DNA of 64,000 nt. Origin: Mizuhopecten yessoensis. Lineage: Eukaryota. The stretch spans positions 437,513 to 501,512 of the forward strand of contig NW_018405745.1 in NCBI RefSeq assembly GCF_002113885.1, written 5' to 3'. The position numbers and the translations under genes are program-made. Within the stretch, counting starts at the first letter, position 1, and every line of letters starts with the position of its first letter. The notes under the pieces are model-generated. The model was not told the origin of the DNA. It searched no databases and saw only the letters and a list, made by a program, of their open reading frames with translations. Shown in pieces: positions 1 through 11,748 of the stretch.

Positions 1-198
1 GGGGGCATCCATGCCCCCCTCTCGTGCTCTCCCCCCGGCTCCGGCCTGTGCGGCCCTCGTTGGGCGGCCTGTGCGGCCCTCGTTGGGCGGCCTGTGGCCG
101 CCCGCACCGCCAGGGGCGGTGCACCTCGCTGCGCTCGGCAAACACATTTACCGGGAGCGCCCCCCCCCCCCGTTCAAAAAATCCTGTATCCGCCCCTG
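1..198. mobile_element. Right end of a GC-rich MITE/non-autonomous DNA transposon
   Basis: Abruptly GC-rich block ending AAAAATCCTGTATCCGCCCCTG, resembling the CAGGGGCGGATCCAGGATTT-type terminus common in invertebrate MITEs; internal ~23-bp tandem duplication GGCCTGTGCGGCCCTCGTTGGGC. Confidence 0.55.
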
Positions 199-2104
199 AT
201 GGTGGCCCTAAAAAGGGCCAATTATGTATAGTCTATAACAGAATAACGCAAAGAAGCTTTGTTGAATTGTTATTTAATATAAAAATTCATTAATATCTCA
301 CAAAAGATTAATGAGTCTTATAGTACACGTATAGAGACATATTGGTCAGAACAGATTTTACCAACGATCAAGCGCATGGTGTTTAACAAAATGGTTGGAA
401 AACAACAATTGCAAACCAATCAAGCTTTAAACTTCTGAAGTTCCCGATTTGTTTCAGGGTTTAGATACTGTATACAATTCAACAGACACAGTACCACGGA
501 ATTATATTAAGTCCAAGTCCGTGGATGATGTACGTAAAGGTTGAAAAATAACAATTTCGAAATAATAAATCACATCATCAAGCTTCAAACCTAACAAGTT
601 GAAAATTCCCCAAAGAATGTGTGCTAAAAAAACGGCTTTTTTACTTCTACGAATGACATATTAAATACCGAACACCGCAAGAATCGCCAAAAAAACAGGA
701 CGTGAAAACGTGATTGAGATAATTTTACTGAAACACACGGCCCTATTAAACAACCAAATGTATAATATATTAACAGAGGACATTTACGTTAATTGAAATT
801 CTGTTTTAACATTTAAACATAATTTTGGTATAGACATTTGACCTTCCTTGTCTGCATATGAAAAAAACGACGGTTATTTAAGTATTAAACTTTATTAAAG
901 TTTTTTTTTATTTTTTTTATTCATAAGTCTACAAATAAAATAAGCAATAAACACATTACGTAGATAAAGTCACACGGAAATATATAATGGATCCAGGATA
1001 GAACCACGTCCACGTTGCTATATCGTCTGCTAGCTATATAGGTTCTTCAACTAATGAACTATCTACTCGCACGTCAACTTTATCGGAAGTTTCCTTTTGT
1101 TTGCAGTATAACAAATAGCAGCTAGTTCACATTTGGTACCTTCCTTACTTAGCCCCTTTTTTCAATAAAAAATGAGAGATCTCCATATAATAAATCTAGA
1201 GTCATGACACCAGGAACGTCAATCTCCCCAATCGGATCTCCAAACCATCATTTTATTAAATCATTGAAAAATCTGAGGAGGAATTATATTCATTTATGGT
1301 TGTATCAAAGGAAGAATATCGATGGGTGTTCTTGAAACGAAATTAGCACCCGGGGCTCCCTTGAGATATTTATAGAACGCTCTGAAGTCACCAATCAGCG
1401 TCTCTGTCAGGATCCAAATCGGATCAAGGCTTGAATTTTGCAGTATCTTACGCTTCAAATGAGGTGTTTTTTTGTCAGCATATTAACATTTTATAATGAC
1501 CTTTAGCATGTATATGACAAAAAGTATTTCTATAGTGTGAATTTATTCCTATAGTCCAAAACAGCATGCATAGTCGTCGCACGCGCCATTTTTTAAAAAC
1601 GTGATAAAAAAAACAATGACATTTGAGTTTGAATTACGTTTTCTTGTGCTATTTGAACTTTAAAACTAAACATCTGTAGACAAAAATTGGTGCATGGCTA
1701 TCTATTCTAAGACTGCATCATTATTATAACTGATTTGTTGACATATTTATTCATTTAGAAGTATTTTTGCAAAAAGTGATCCGATTTGGGTACTGATCCG
1801 ATTTTTTCGTATTTCTTAACCGGAAATGAAGTATGTAAAAGTGAAAATAGGAGTTTAATGCCACCAAATATACGTATGGTTGTAGCGGTATTAACATTAT
1901 TTTAAAAGGTTAAGCATTATAAAGTAGATGGAGGGTAAGTGGTGGAGAAAGGGATGTTCCTATGCATTTCATAACTGAAGGAAAACGATCCTACTGCATG
2001 TATAACTTACAATTTAGTCATTAAAATGTTTTATCTTTATTTTCTTCACGGATTTAATCAATGTTTTAAAAGTAATTTGATAATATTGTATTATTACCCG
2101 TACA

Positions 2105-2535
2105 AATTCACAGACAGGTTATGGACATTTATTAATTGTTTCAGACTGGTTATAAACTTATATTAACTATAACAAACATATTAGGAACATTTATTAATTG
2201 TTTCAGGCTACTTATAAACTTGTATTAACTATAACAAACATATTAGAAACATTTATTTATTGTTTCAGGCTGCTTATCACAGACATAGGAACATTTTTTT
2301 CTATTTACTGTTTCAGACTGGTCATGCACCTGTATTTATTATCACAGACAGGCTATGGATCTTGAATTATATTGCTTCAGATAAAATTGTTTTAACTATC
2401 ACAGACATAAGGGAACCTACTTATGTATTTGTTATTCTATCTTCTATCAATACATCGAATTGTCATGTACGGAACATAAATCCATTGTTTCAAACTGGTT
2501 ATAAACTTGTATTTACTTGTACTATCACAGACAAG
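2105..2535. repeat. Degenerate ~61-bp tandem repeat
   Basis: Recurring ACATTTATTAATTGTTTCAG..TTATAAACTTGTATTAACTAT(A/C)ACA at ~61-bp spacing, degenerating rightwards. Confidence 0.7.
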
Positions 2536-2941
2536 AAGTAATATTTCATTATTTAATACATATATACAGATAAGTGATATTTCATCATCAGGTGCATGTT
2601 CTTTAACTGTCTTCGAGATATTGATCACTTGATATATTTTGTAGAGATACAATTGTATTTTGTGACCTAAAAGGCATTTCACACAAGCCAGATACATGGT
2701 AACAGCATGCACTTTATTACCATTCAAATATAAGATATCATGGTAAAACAGATATTTATATAATGAGAAAATAAATAAAAAAAAAGTATATGATATTATC
2801 GTACTACTAAAACATGCATTCCAAGCATTACAGGCCTAAATGTAAATGTTATGAGTAAAATAAATTGAGTCAGAAATCTGAGTACACAAAAAAAAATATA
2901 AGACAAAGATAATAAACGTGTTCCTCTAAGGAGAAAATTTT

Positions 2942-2951
2942 AACCAATCAG
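2942..2951 (+). promoter_or_regulatory. CCAAT (NF-Y) box upstream of PSMB7
   Basis: AACCAATCAG, ~45 bp upstream of the ATG. An AP-1-like TGAGTCA is at 2866-2872. Confidence 0.4.
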
Positions 2952-2993
2952 AATAGCATTAGCTATTTACACCGGTCCACTAAAATTTGCAAA

Positions 2994-5900
2994 ATGGCTG
3001 CAAGTCTAGCTGCCGAACCGCAAGTCGGAGGATTTAATTTCGAAAATCATGCCAGGTAGCTTGTTTTGGTTCGCCGTTATATATACAAATGTGATTTAAG
3101 ATATCGAGTTTTGTTTCTATGTGAAATTTTGAGTTCGTTTTCATTATAAACTCACCGAACTTAGCGTTCGGCGAGTAAATACAACGATGACAAAGCAACA
3201 ACAAACGATTTACCAATGATCCTACCAATTCTTGCTTATTATTTCGTTTCAGAAATGTTTCCTTCGAGCAAAAAGGAATGCATCCACCAAAGGCTTACAA
3301 GACAGGGACTACTATCGTCGGTTTAGTCTACAAGGTTGGGCATTCAAAATGCTATGTCATTTTACAAAATATTTCGGCCCCCCCCCCCTTCCCGACCAAG
3401 GTTGGACACTACGGCACATATGGTGAATATCCTCCATTTGGGTAACAGTTACCCGTCATTAGTAACATTTTTATTACTGACATGGGGAATAAATGAAAAG
3501 AAGAGTTCTTTTAAACACTTTGAGCTAAAAGGGCGTCATTCTTTCACACAAGAAGCTATCAATTCTGATGTGTAAATTTTGGTTAAGTTGACAAACCACA
3601 TCACTGACTTTGTTCTCTTTTGACTACAGCGAGCAATCCTAAGTCATTGGGATCATCCATTGCAAATGTGACAGGTTAGCATGAATGTTTCTGTGTTCTA
3701 TTTAAAGCTTCCCCACACACACTATAAGCAATGGAGGTAATAAAGTTTGTCAGTTTTACAATATTTTGTGTACAATTGTACCCCATTTTAGTATTTATTG
3801 GCTTTTGGTGAAAGAAAGACTCCCTTTTTCCCCTAATATTTCTTTATCTTTATGTGTTTCTATTTCACTTTATTCCCCATTTCAGTGAAAACATTGTTGT
3901 TGTAAACAGGTAGCTGTTAAAGGATTATTACCTATGTGCGCTATTGTGCCCAACCTATTTCCTGAATTCCACTGGACGTTTCCCAAAGATCAAACACATT
4001 ATTTCATTAAAACTAATCCCATTTTACTTGCATTGACTTTCCCATAAAACTGAGATAGTCTGACTTTAGACTTTCAAAACGATAAATAAACAAGTTATTT
4101 TGTAAACAAGTTGAGAATTAAAAGGTTTTGAAATTAAATGCCCCTTGAATAGTATTGTAATGTCTTACAGGAGATGTCATGAGAAATGCATGTACACAGG
4201 CATTCAAACCAGAGACCTCTGAACCTCAAATGGATGCTATACCAGTACAGGTTGCTGGCGGTCGATCCAGTCAAGTTCCACTACATTTCTTCTTCCTTTT
4301 TTTTTAAGCCTTCAACCCCAAATGAATCCCAGACATTTCAGTGCCCAGTGGTTTCAGTACTGAAAAATATGATGTATGTTGCAGTATTTTTTTGTTAAGA
4401 AAAAAAATGCTGGATTATCTTAAATAATAACGTCAGCAACACAAAGGACACAAAAAGCGAACAAAGCATAAAGAAGAAACATTAGTCCAAGTGCTAAAAT
4501 AGCATCTTGGAACAGAAGCAACATTTAAGTACCAAAACATATGTACCCCTTTAAAACCCATGTTCGAATTTCCCCTTGCCAAGCTTGGTCACAGATACCA
4601 CTGTGACAGGAAAGCAAAAATGCACTGCCAGAATTAATTGGATTTTAAGCTTAATCCTGGACCTCGGAACTCTAAAAAGACACTAACTAATTGAGCTACT
4701 TGCTTGGTGGCAATTAATCAACCCAATCAGGTCTACACAAGTACCAAACACCTGAGTGTACCAAAATGTCAGTACCTGGTTGAGATATCCCTTGACTTCT
4801 TGATATTTCTAATATTGGTGAGATTCCTGTAATATATATATGATATTTGAATGCACTTAAGTTGTCTTGCAAATTTGCTTTAGTCTTTGAGCATATAATT
4901 ACCTTTGGGAGAGTCTGACAGCTCTGGAAAGTCGGTGGTTACACAAGGTCTGTAAAAGTTATCTCTTGATGTTAAACATCATATGTTAACTGTAATATAT
5001 TTAACTTGTCTCCATACTATCTTTTACAGGATGGTATTGTATTGGGTGCTGACACCAGGGCAACAGAAGGATCTGTGGTGGCAGATAAAAACTGTGCAAA
5101 GATTCACTATATAGCTGACAATATTTAGTAAGTGAAGTAGCTAGTGTACCATTGGATAGATTGGTAGCTATATTAACTATGAGAATGTTGATGAATTCAA
5201 TTGCAGAACTGAACTACTACCAATATAATTCACATGTTTAATGTATCCCATCTCATTCTTAAAATTGTAATTGTGTAGTAAACTGGAATGTGTACTAGAA
5301 CATTCTAATGAAGTCGAAATAAAATAAAATTGCTGTTAGATGAAATTTGTGTTATCATTAGTGAGAATTGATCATAAAAAAAACAGCCAGAACAGAGCTC
5401 CCAGTATTAAATCCCAAAATTTATGTTTTGCTAAAGGCTGCATTTGACTACAGAAAAGCACCTTGGACTACAAAATCGAATTACTTGATTTTTTTGACAA
5501 AGTCTGGATTTTCCCTTTAAATAACACTTCTTATATTTTATTACCGAATCAGACTTGAATTAATCAACTTCTTTCTTTATGAAAATATTGAAAATTACAA
5601 TTAATATTAAATATTAAAATTGAAGTGAAAAAATTGCCTGTACATTGAAGGGGCTGGTCGGGGAAAAAATGTCATATTTGCTAAAATGGCATACACATGT
5701 TTAAAATACCTTCTTATGAAATATGCCGATTCAAATTTTGCTGAACTTCACTCCATAAGAGTTAAAAATATAATTATATTAAAGAAATCCTAAATCGTCA
5801 CCTGACAGTCTAAAACTCTCAATTGACCCAGATCAGTGATGTAATTTTACCGAACGCGAGTCATCAACAAGGCCAAATGTAAACATCGCGGCAAAAGAAA

Positions 5901-8900
5901 AAGATGCATGCAAAAGTCATGACAGGCATGAGGTATCGATATACCGTTATATATAACAACAACACATAGGTAGGAATACTACACTTGCATCATACATGAC
6001 CTTTGAAAACAATTATTTACTGTAGTATTGCTGTCTTTTCCGCTAGTTGAGTCCGACATGGCACATGATGGCGTGCTATTGTTGTTATCTTCACTGCCTC
6101 AATTTTGAAACAACCATGTGACATATATAAATAGATATGCGCGTAATTTACGCGGGGCTTCCCCGAGATTTCAGTGGTCAAAACTGGACATTGCAAGCAG
6201 AACTTGACCATCATATTGCCGTGGTATAACGTTTGGAAGGCCAGAGAACGCATTAAGACCCATTTATTTTGTATTTTTTTCTCCGACCAGTCCCTTTAAC
6301 ATGGACACAGGCTTTGGAAATTTAAATCATAAACAGAGAAATGGTGAATTCAATAAGATCACCATGCAAACCACAGTTATGAATAAACATGCTGTTCTCA
6401 TTACTGTAAGTTCATAAATTATTTATAGAATCAAAGTTATTTTTTTTAGCTTGTATTGAATCATTTAAGAATCACATTCGGTCTTGTGTACAGGATCTCA
6501 ACGATGTGTGCTATGTTCAACATTCATGAGTCAAAGACCCCATGTTTTGATTTTTCTTGATTGTCCTACAAAATTTGAAACATCGAAGTTTGACTATATA
6601 ATTAGTTATTTACACATTCCTATTATTGCTCATAAATAGATGGAAATATTGTTTAATTCACCATATCCATAGCAATTCTGAAGTTGTGTTATAACCATTC
6701 CAGTTGCTGTGGTGCTGGTACTGCAGCGGACACAGAGATGACCACACAAATGATCTCTTCACAGCTTGAGCTCCATCGCCTAAACACGGGGCGGATACCA
6801 CGAGTGTGTACAGCCAACAGACTCCTCAAACAGATGCTTTTCAGGTAAACACATAAATTAGTTATGTTGAACAGATCTTTGTGTAAGGATGATTGCTATG
6901 AGGTTTTGTTCAACAGGAAATTTCATATCGGATGATCTTGTTCAACAGTTAAACCTCAATACTCTTTGCCTTGGAGTTGTGCATCTTTTCCTTTAATAAC
7001 ATGTTTGTCTGTTTGAATTTGAACTGTTCATTGAAAACTTTGTACACTTGATAAGTACCTAATAAATTAAATAAAGGAAGCAATTTCTCTGCTTGGTAAT
7101 TGTTACTATTAATATTTTGAATTGTAAACACCATTCTGATGACACCAAGTATATTGAAACATGTCAAAATCTCAATAGAAATTGTCAATCACCTTCATGT
7201 GAATGTCAAGTCATCTTTGCTTTGAATTGGGATAACCTTTCTGTGCTGGACTACTGAATACTGAATTCCATAAGGAATGCATCCATAGAAGGCTACTGGA
7301 CCTTAGGAAATAAAGGGACACAGACTCATTTGCTTCGTAATAAATTAGATGGTGATGCATTTGTGATCAATTTTGTATATCAACTATTCCTTTTGGAAAT
7401 GGGCTCTATTTCTGAAAATTGAACGCAGGAGTTGGGGGTATAAGTTATGTTTTCTGTGGCTTAAATTTCTGGATGAAATTGCGTGCAATAGATTAGCTTC
7501 ATTCAAATAATCAATTGAAAGTTAGACCATTGTATGATATATTGTGTTTGTATACAGGTACCATGGCAACATCAGTGCAGCACTTGTACTGGGAGGAGTC
7601 GACTCTACTGGCCCCCACCTGTACAGTGTATGGCCCCATGGCTCTACTGATAAACTACCATATGTCACCATGGGTAGGTTGTGCACCAGTGATGGGACAT
7701 ATGATGGAAATTTAACCGAAATATGGCCGAATATATGCTTCAATTTTGTAATTAGAATCAAGACTTTTTAACATAGAATTATAACCACAATAATTAAAGG
7801 TGGATAACATGCAAGCTCTTGACTTGTACATGTACTTTAATTGGTGGGTATTAGACTGATACAGATAGCCAGTGCTAAGTCCAATACCTTTTCTTCAGGC
7901 CATTTGATGATGATGATATATCTTAAGTAAAACATACAAAAGACAAGTGTTTATTGTAAAATCCTATTTTGACACTAAATAGCAAGATACTTGGAGTATA
8001 AACTTTATGTAAGTTACAGTTTTCTGGTTATGGTACTGGTTGAATTTTATTTCTCACTACATTTGTTTTTCTATGCATCTCATCACCAGTCCATTTACAG
8101 TATGCTGTTAACACCAAATAAAGATTTGTTTGGGCTCGTTAGAAAATGTGTTAACTAGAACAAGTTTTCCTTTAACTAGGTTCAGGATCCCTGGCAGCTA
8201 TGGCAACTTTTGAGGACCGCTTCAAACCAGAAATGGAGGTAATGTAATGAAATGATATAACATTAATTAAGTAAAATGCAACAAAGGAGGATATTTGTTT
8301 TCTGTTGCGTTCATAATTTCAGAATTGGTTTATTTAGCTACAAGCCATACAAATTGTTCATTTAATACACTTCAGAAGTGATCATTTATTTATCTGTAAG
8401 CCATAACCAAATAAAAGAATTCTGTCTTTGCATATTGCAGAGTTATCTTCTCTTGGGAGTAGGTATTGATTGTTACGTCATTGGTCTGTGTGAGAAAATT
8501 ACGTCGTTTTCTCAAAAATTGATGACGTTACTCTCACAAACAAGTGACGTAACAATCAATACCTGCTCCCAGGAGAAGATAACTCTACAATACGCAAAGA
8601 CGGAATAATTAATACATGGTGATGTGGGGATAAGAAAATACCACCTATGAACCTGAGGGCAAAATATAAATATTCTACATCTATTTTTTTCATTTCAAAA
8701 TAAATATTTATTGTTCACATCTTAAATACAAAGGAATCTGGTAACAGGCAAAGCCTATGAGAGCCCTCTCCTTCTACATCTGTACATGATAAGTTATTGA
8801 TAACTGATTAATTTTCTCCCAAAATGTAGATAGGTTTGTTCAAATAGGATTGATGTGGTGTCTTTAGATCATGATACAACAACTTGCAAAATATAACATT

Positions 8901-10064
8901 TTTGGGTGTTCAACTTGAGCCATCCTTGGTGCTCCAGGGGTTATGATCACTTATGCTCTCTTCACTGGAATATGTAATGGCAAAATCAAAGGCATGAAGA
9001 TAGCAATTTGACTGGACTGGTCTCTTGGGGGGAGGGGGGGGGGATGGATATCTGACAAATTGCAAGGCTGATACCTGTTCTTTGAAGATTAGAGGAGCAA
9101 CAATCCACTTTCAAATCGGTCAATTTTACTGTTTTTTGATGAACATCCAAAGATCAGGCTAGTCTACTTGTCTCATCCACAAGGCGAGGCGCACTGAGCC
9201 TTCAATTTTATCATGACATATACCACAGGGATGTAGAGAGTGCAATTAGGCGTATAATTCCTGGAGTATTGAGGATGAGCTTAAGCCTGATGAACCAGAC
9301 CTGTAATATATATATTAATGCAGATGTTGAAGTCTTTGCTAGGGCTGTAAGAAACAACATCAGACCAGTATGTCTGTTAACGTTCCACTTGAGATTTTTT
9401 TAGAAGTGTCGTTTATTCACCAGTTTTATCCTTAGTTTGAAGTTCTGCTGTTTTAATGTGCTCTGTGTTAGTGTGATCAAGTTCAAACTGTGCTGTTCAC
9501 ATTGGTACTGCTGGTGATATTTTATCATCAGTTTGAAGTTCTGCAGTTTTAATGTGCTCTGTGTTAGTGTGATCAAGGTCAAACTGTGCTGTTCACATTG
9601 TTACTGCTGGTGATATTTTATCTGCATAATTATATAGTTGATATTATACATCCAAAATACCCCCAAGATTGATCTCATTTCACAATTGAATGGCTCTTGC
9701 TTTGACATTTAGTTATCAGGTTTTTTTTTGTGGTTGATCAGTAAGCAAAAACATGAGTACATTGTAATTGAATTCATTTAATAAAATTATAACACACCAC
9801 CAGAAAATTAAATTTTACCAAGGAAGTAATTTGAGAACATAAAACTTGAGATAAAGAATCCACAAAATGGTACCCAATCTTGTATTCAGTCATGCCATTT
9901 TTATGTGTGCAGAAAGACCAGGCCATACTGTTGGTGAGGGATGCTATTGCGGCTGGTATATTTAATGATCTTGGATCAGGAAGTAATGTGGATGTTTGTG
10001 TAATAACCAAGGGCAAGGTGGAATACATGCGTCCTTATGAAGAAGCCAACGTTAAGGGATTAAG
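2994..10064 (+). CDS. PSMB7: 20S proteasome subunit beta-2 (beta type-7), exons 1-7; terminal exon not identified
   Basis: Exons 2994-3055, 3253-3334, 5030-5127, 6704-6844, 7558-7673, 8180-8238, 9913-10064, all GT-AG with matching phases. Translation [100 protein letters not shown] closely matches beta2. Catalytic Thr1 codon at 3308-3310 after a 39-aa propeptide. Confidence 0.96.
5649..6295. mobile_element. Non-autonomous TIR transposon with TTAA-type target site (Kolobok/piggyBac-like)
   Basis: Left end AGGGGCTGGTCGGGGAAAAAA versus reverse complement of right end AGGGACTGGTCGGAGAAAAAA (two mismatches); flanked by TTGA (left) and TTAA (right). Confidence 0.7.
8419..8606. mobile_element. Foldback MITE (~70-bp inverted arms)
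   Basis: ATTCTGTCTTTGCATATTGCAGAGTTATCTTCTCTTGGGAGTAGGTATTGATTGTTACGTCA pairs with TGACGTAACAATCAATACCTGCTCCCAGGAGAAGATAACTCTACAATACGCAAAGACGGAAT. Confidence 0.8.
8921..9277. mobile_element. MITE family A copy (CATCC...GGATG TIRs)
   Basis: Termini CATCCTTGGTGCTCCAGGGGTTA / TAATTCCTGGAGTATTGAGGATG; interior AAGGCTGATACCTGT.CTTTGAAGATTA shared with the copy at 36756-37090. Confidence 0.65.
9424..9622. repeat. 96-bp tandem duplication
   Basis: TTTTATC..AGTTTGAAGTTCTGC..TGTGCTGTTCACATTG.TACTGCTGGTGATA present twice, near-identical. Confidence 0.85.
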
Positions 10065-10936
10065 GTATGACTGCATTCCCATCATACATCCATTGGAGGG
10101 TTTGTAGTGTATTCATTTAAAAACAAATTCATTTATAAATAAAAAAATCAGTAACGTTCATCAGTAATTGCAATTCATATAATTACAAGTTTTGGTTTTA
10201 GTTGTCATAATAACATCAAAAAAAGTATTAATGCTTGTAACCCTTTAATACTCGATGTGTTATTAATATGTTAATATTAATTCGACCCACAAGAGGTTTT
10301 TTGGTTTGTTAATAGTATTATGAGTAAGGAATGGGCTTTAGGTCAGTTATATGTTTAAAGTATGTTTTGATATCTTAAATGCAGAACTACATTCATTTTC
10401 TTTCAGATAAAGAAAAAAGTGACTCTTCATAGTTCATCTATTAATGGAAATGGATGGTAATGTTTGAAATTGGAATGTAATTGCTGAGCTCATTCCATGG
10501 GGCATCTGGACCAGAAAGGAAATGTGGTAGAGGACCCATTCACAAGTCAACTTTGTAGTGATTGTCACTATTGGACTTAATCTTTCATTATTTCATGGAT
10601 ATCTATTAATGTGACTCGTCACAAGAACCTGAATAATGTCCTTATCCTCTCATTCTACATATATATGGATAATTTTTTTTTTAAAATTATCACTCGAAGA
10701 ACAATTGGAAAAGTAAATACTTCGCTTATATAATAACTAGTAATTGATAGATTTTATGTGGTGAACAAGCTGGAAAAAAAAAAGAAAAATAAAAAATAAT
10801 AGGTGTATGTGATATGAAATATACAATTGGTAGTGCTAATGGTATTCAGAAGTGCTACATGTCAGTCATCAGGTATTCTTCCTGACTTGTTCAATAAAGA
10901 ACTCAATTAATTGTTTACAAAAGGATATTTGTTGGT

Positions 10937-11748
10937 TTTTAGATCACCTGCCCGAAGGGCAAGTGAGCTTATGTCATGGTCCGTCGTCCGTCAACTTTTC
11001 CTTTAAACAACTTCTTCTGAAGAACGAACAGGCCTAGAGTCTTGATATTTGCCTGAAAGCTTGATTGGTAGGAGCCTGACAAAGTTTCAGATTAAAAATG
11101 ACCTTGACCTACTTTCAAGGTCACATGGATCAAATGTGTGAAACACTTCAAACAACTTCTTCTGAAGAAATGAAAGGTATAGAATCTTCATATTTGGCTG
11201 GTGACTTTCTGGGATAGAGCCAAAAAAAGTTTGAGAATGATAATGACTGACCTACTTTCAAGATCTCGGGGGTCAAATGTGTCGAACACTTTAAACGATT
11301 TCTTCTGAAGAACTGAGAGATATATAGAATCTTCATATTTGGCTGGTGGCTTCCTGGGATTGAGCCAAACAAAGTTTGAGAATAAAAATAACCTTGACCT
11401 ACTTTCAAGGTCTCTGGTATCAAATGTGTCAAACACTTTAAATGACTTCTTCTGAAGAACTTAAAGGTATAGAATTTTCATATTTGGCTAGTTGCTTCCT
11501 GTGATAGAGCCTGACAAAGTTTAAAAATGAAAATAACCTAGATCTCCTTATAAGGTCACAGGGGTCAAATAACTTCTTAAGAAGAACCAAAAAGCATAGA
11601 ATCATATAATAATATTTGGCAGGTAGTTTTAACTGATGGAGCCAACAAAGTTCGTGAGTGAAATATTTGTAATACAGTATAATATTTAATGATAAAATTT
11701 TGCTGTGACTGCTTAGATATTCAGGTGAGCGATACAGGCCCTCTTGTT
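10937..11748 (+). mobile_element. Helentron-associated (HINE-like) element with ~148-bp internal tandem repeats
   Basis: 5' TTTTAGATCACCTG + GCCC-GAA-GGGC hairpin + GTCCGTC microsatellite; ~4.5 internal units; 3' CAGGTGAGC..GGCCCTCTTGTT. Confidence 0.8.

Noticed and set aside
11-293. Pro/Ala/Gly-rich ORFs at window start
   Set aside because: Arise from a GC-rich MITE end; no homology recognised.
2866-2876. Nrf1/CncC antioxidant response element for proteasome bounce-back
   Set aside because: The TGAGTCA core lacks the GC required by the ARE consensus; at most an AP-1-like site.
11148-11436. ORFs in HINE internal repeats (also 24865-25188, 35491-35685, 44538-44935)
   Set aside because: Translations of ~147-bp satellite units; no Rep/helicase or transposase motifs.
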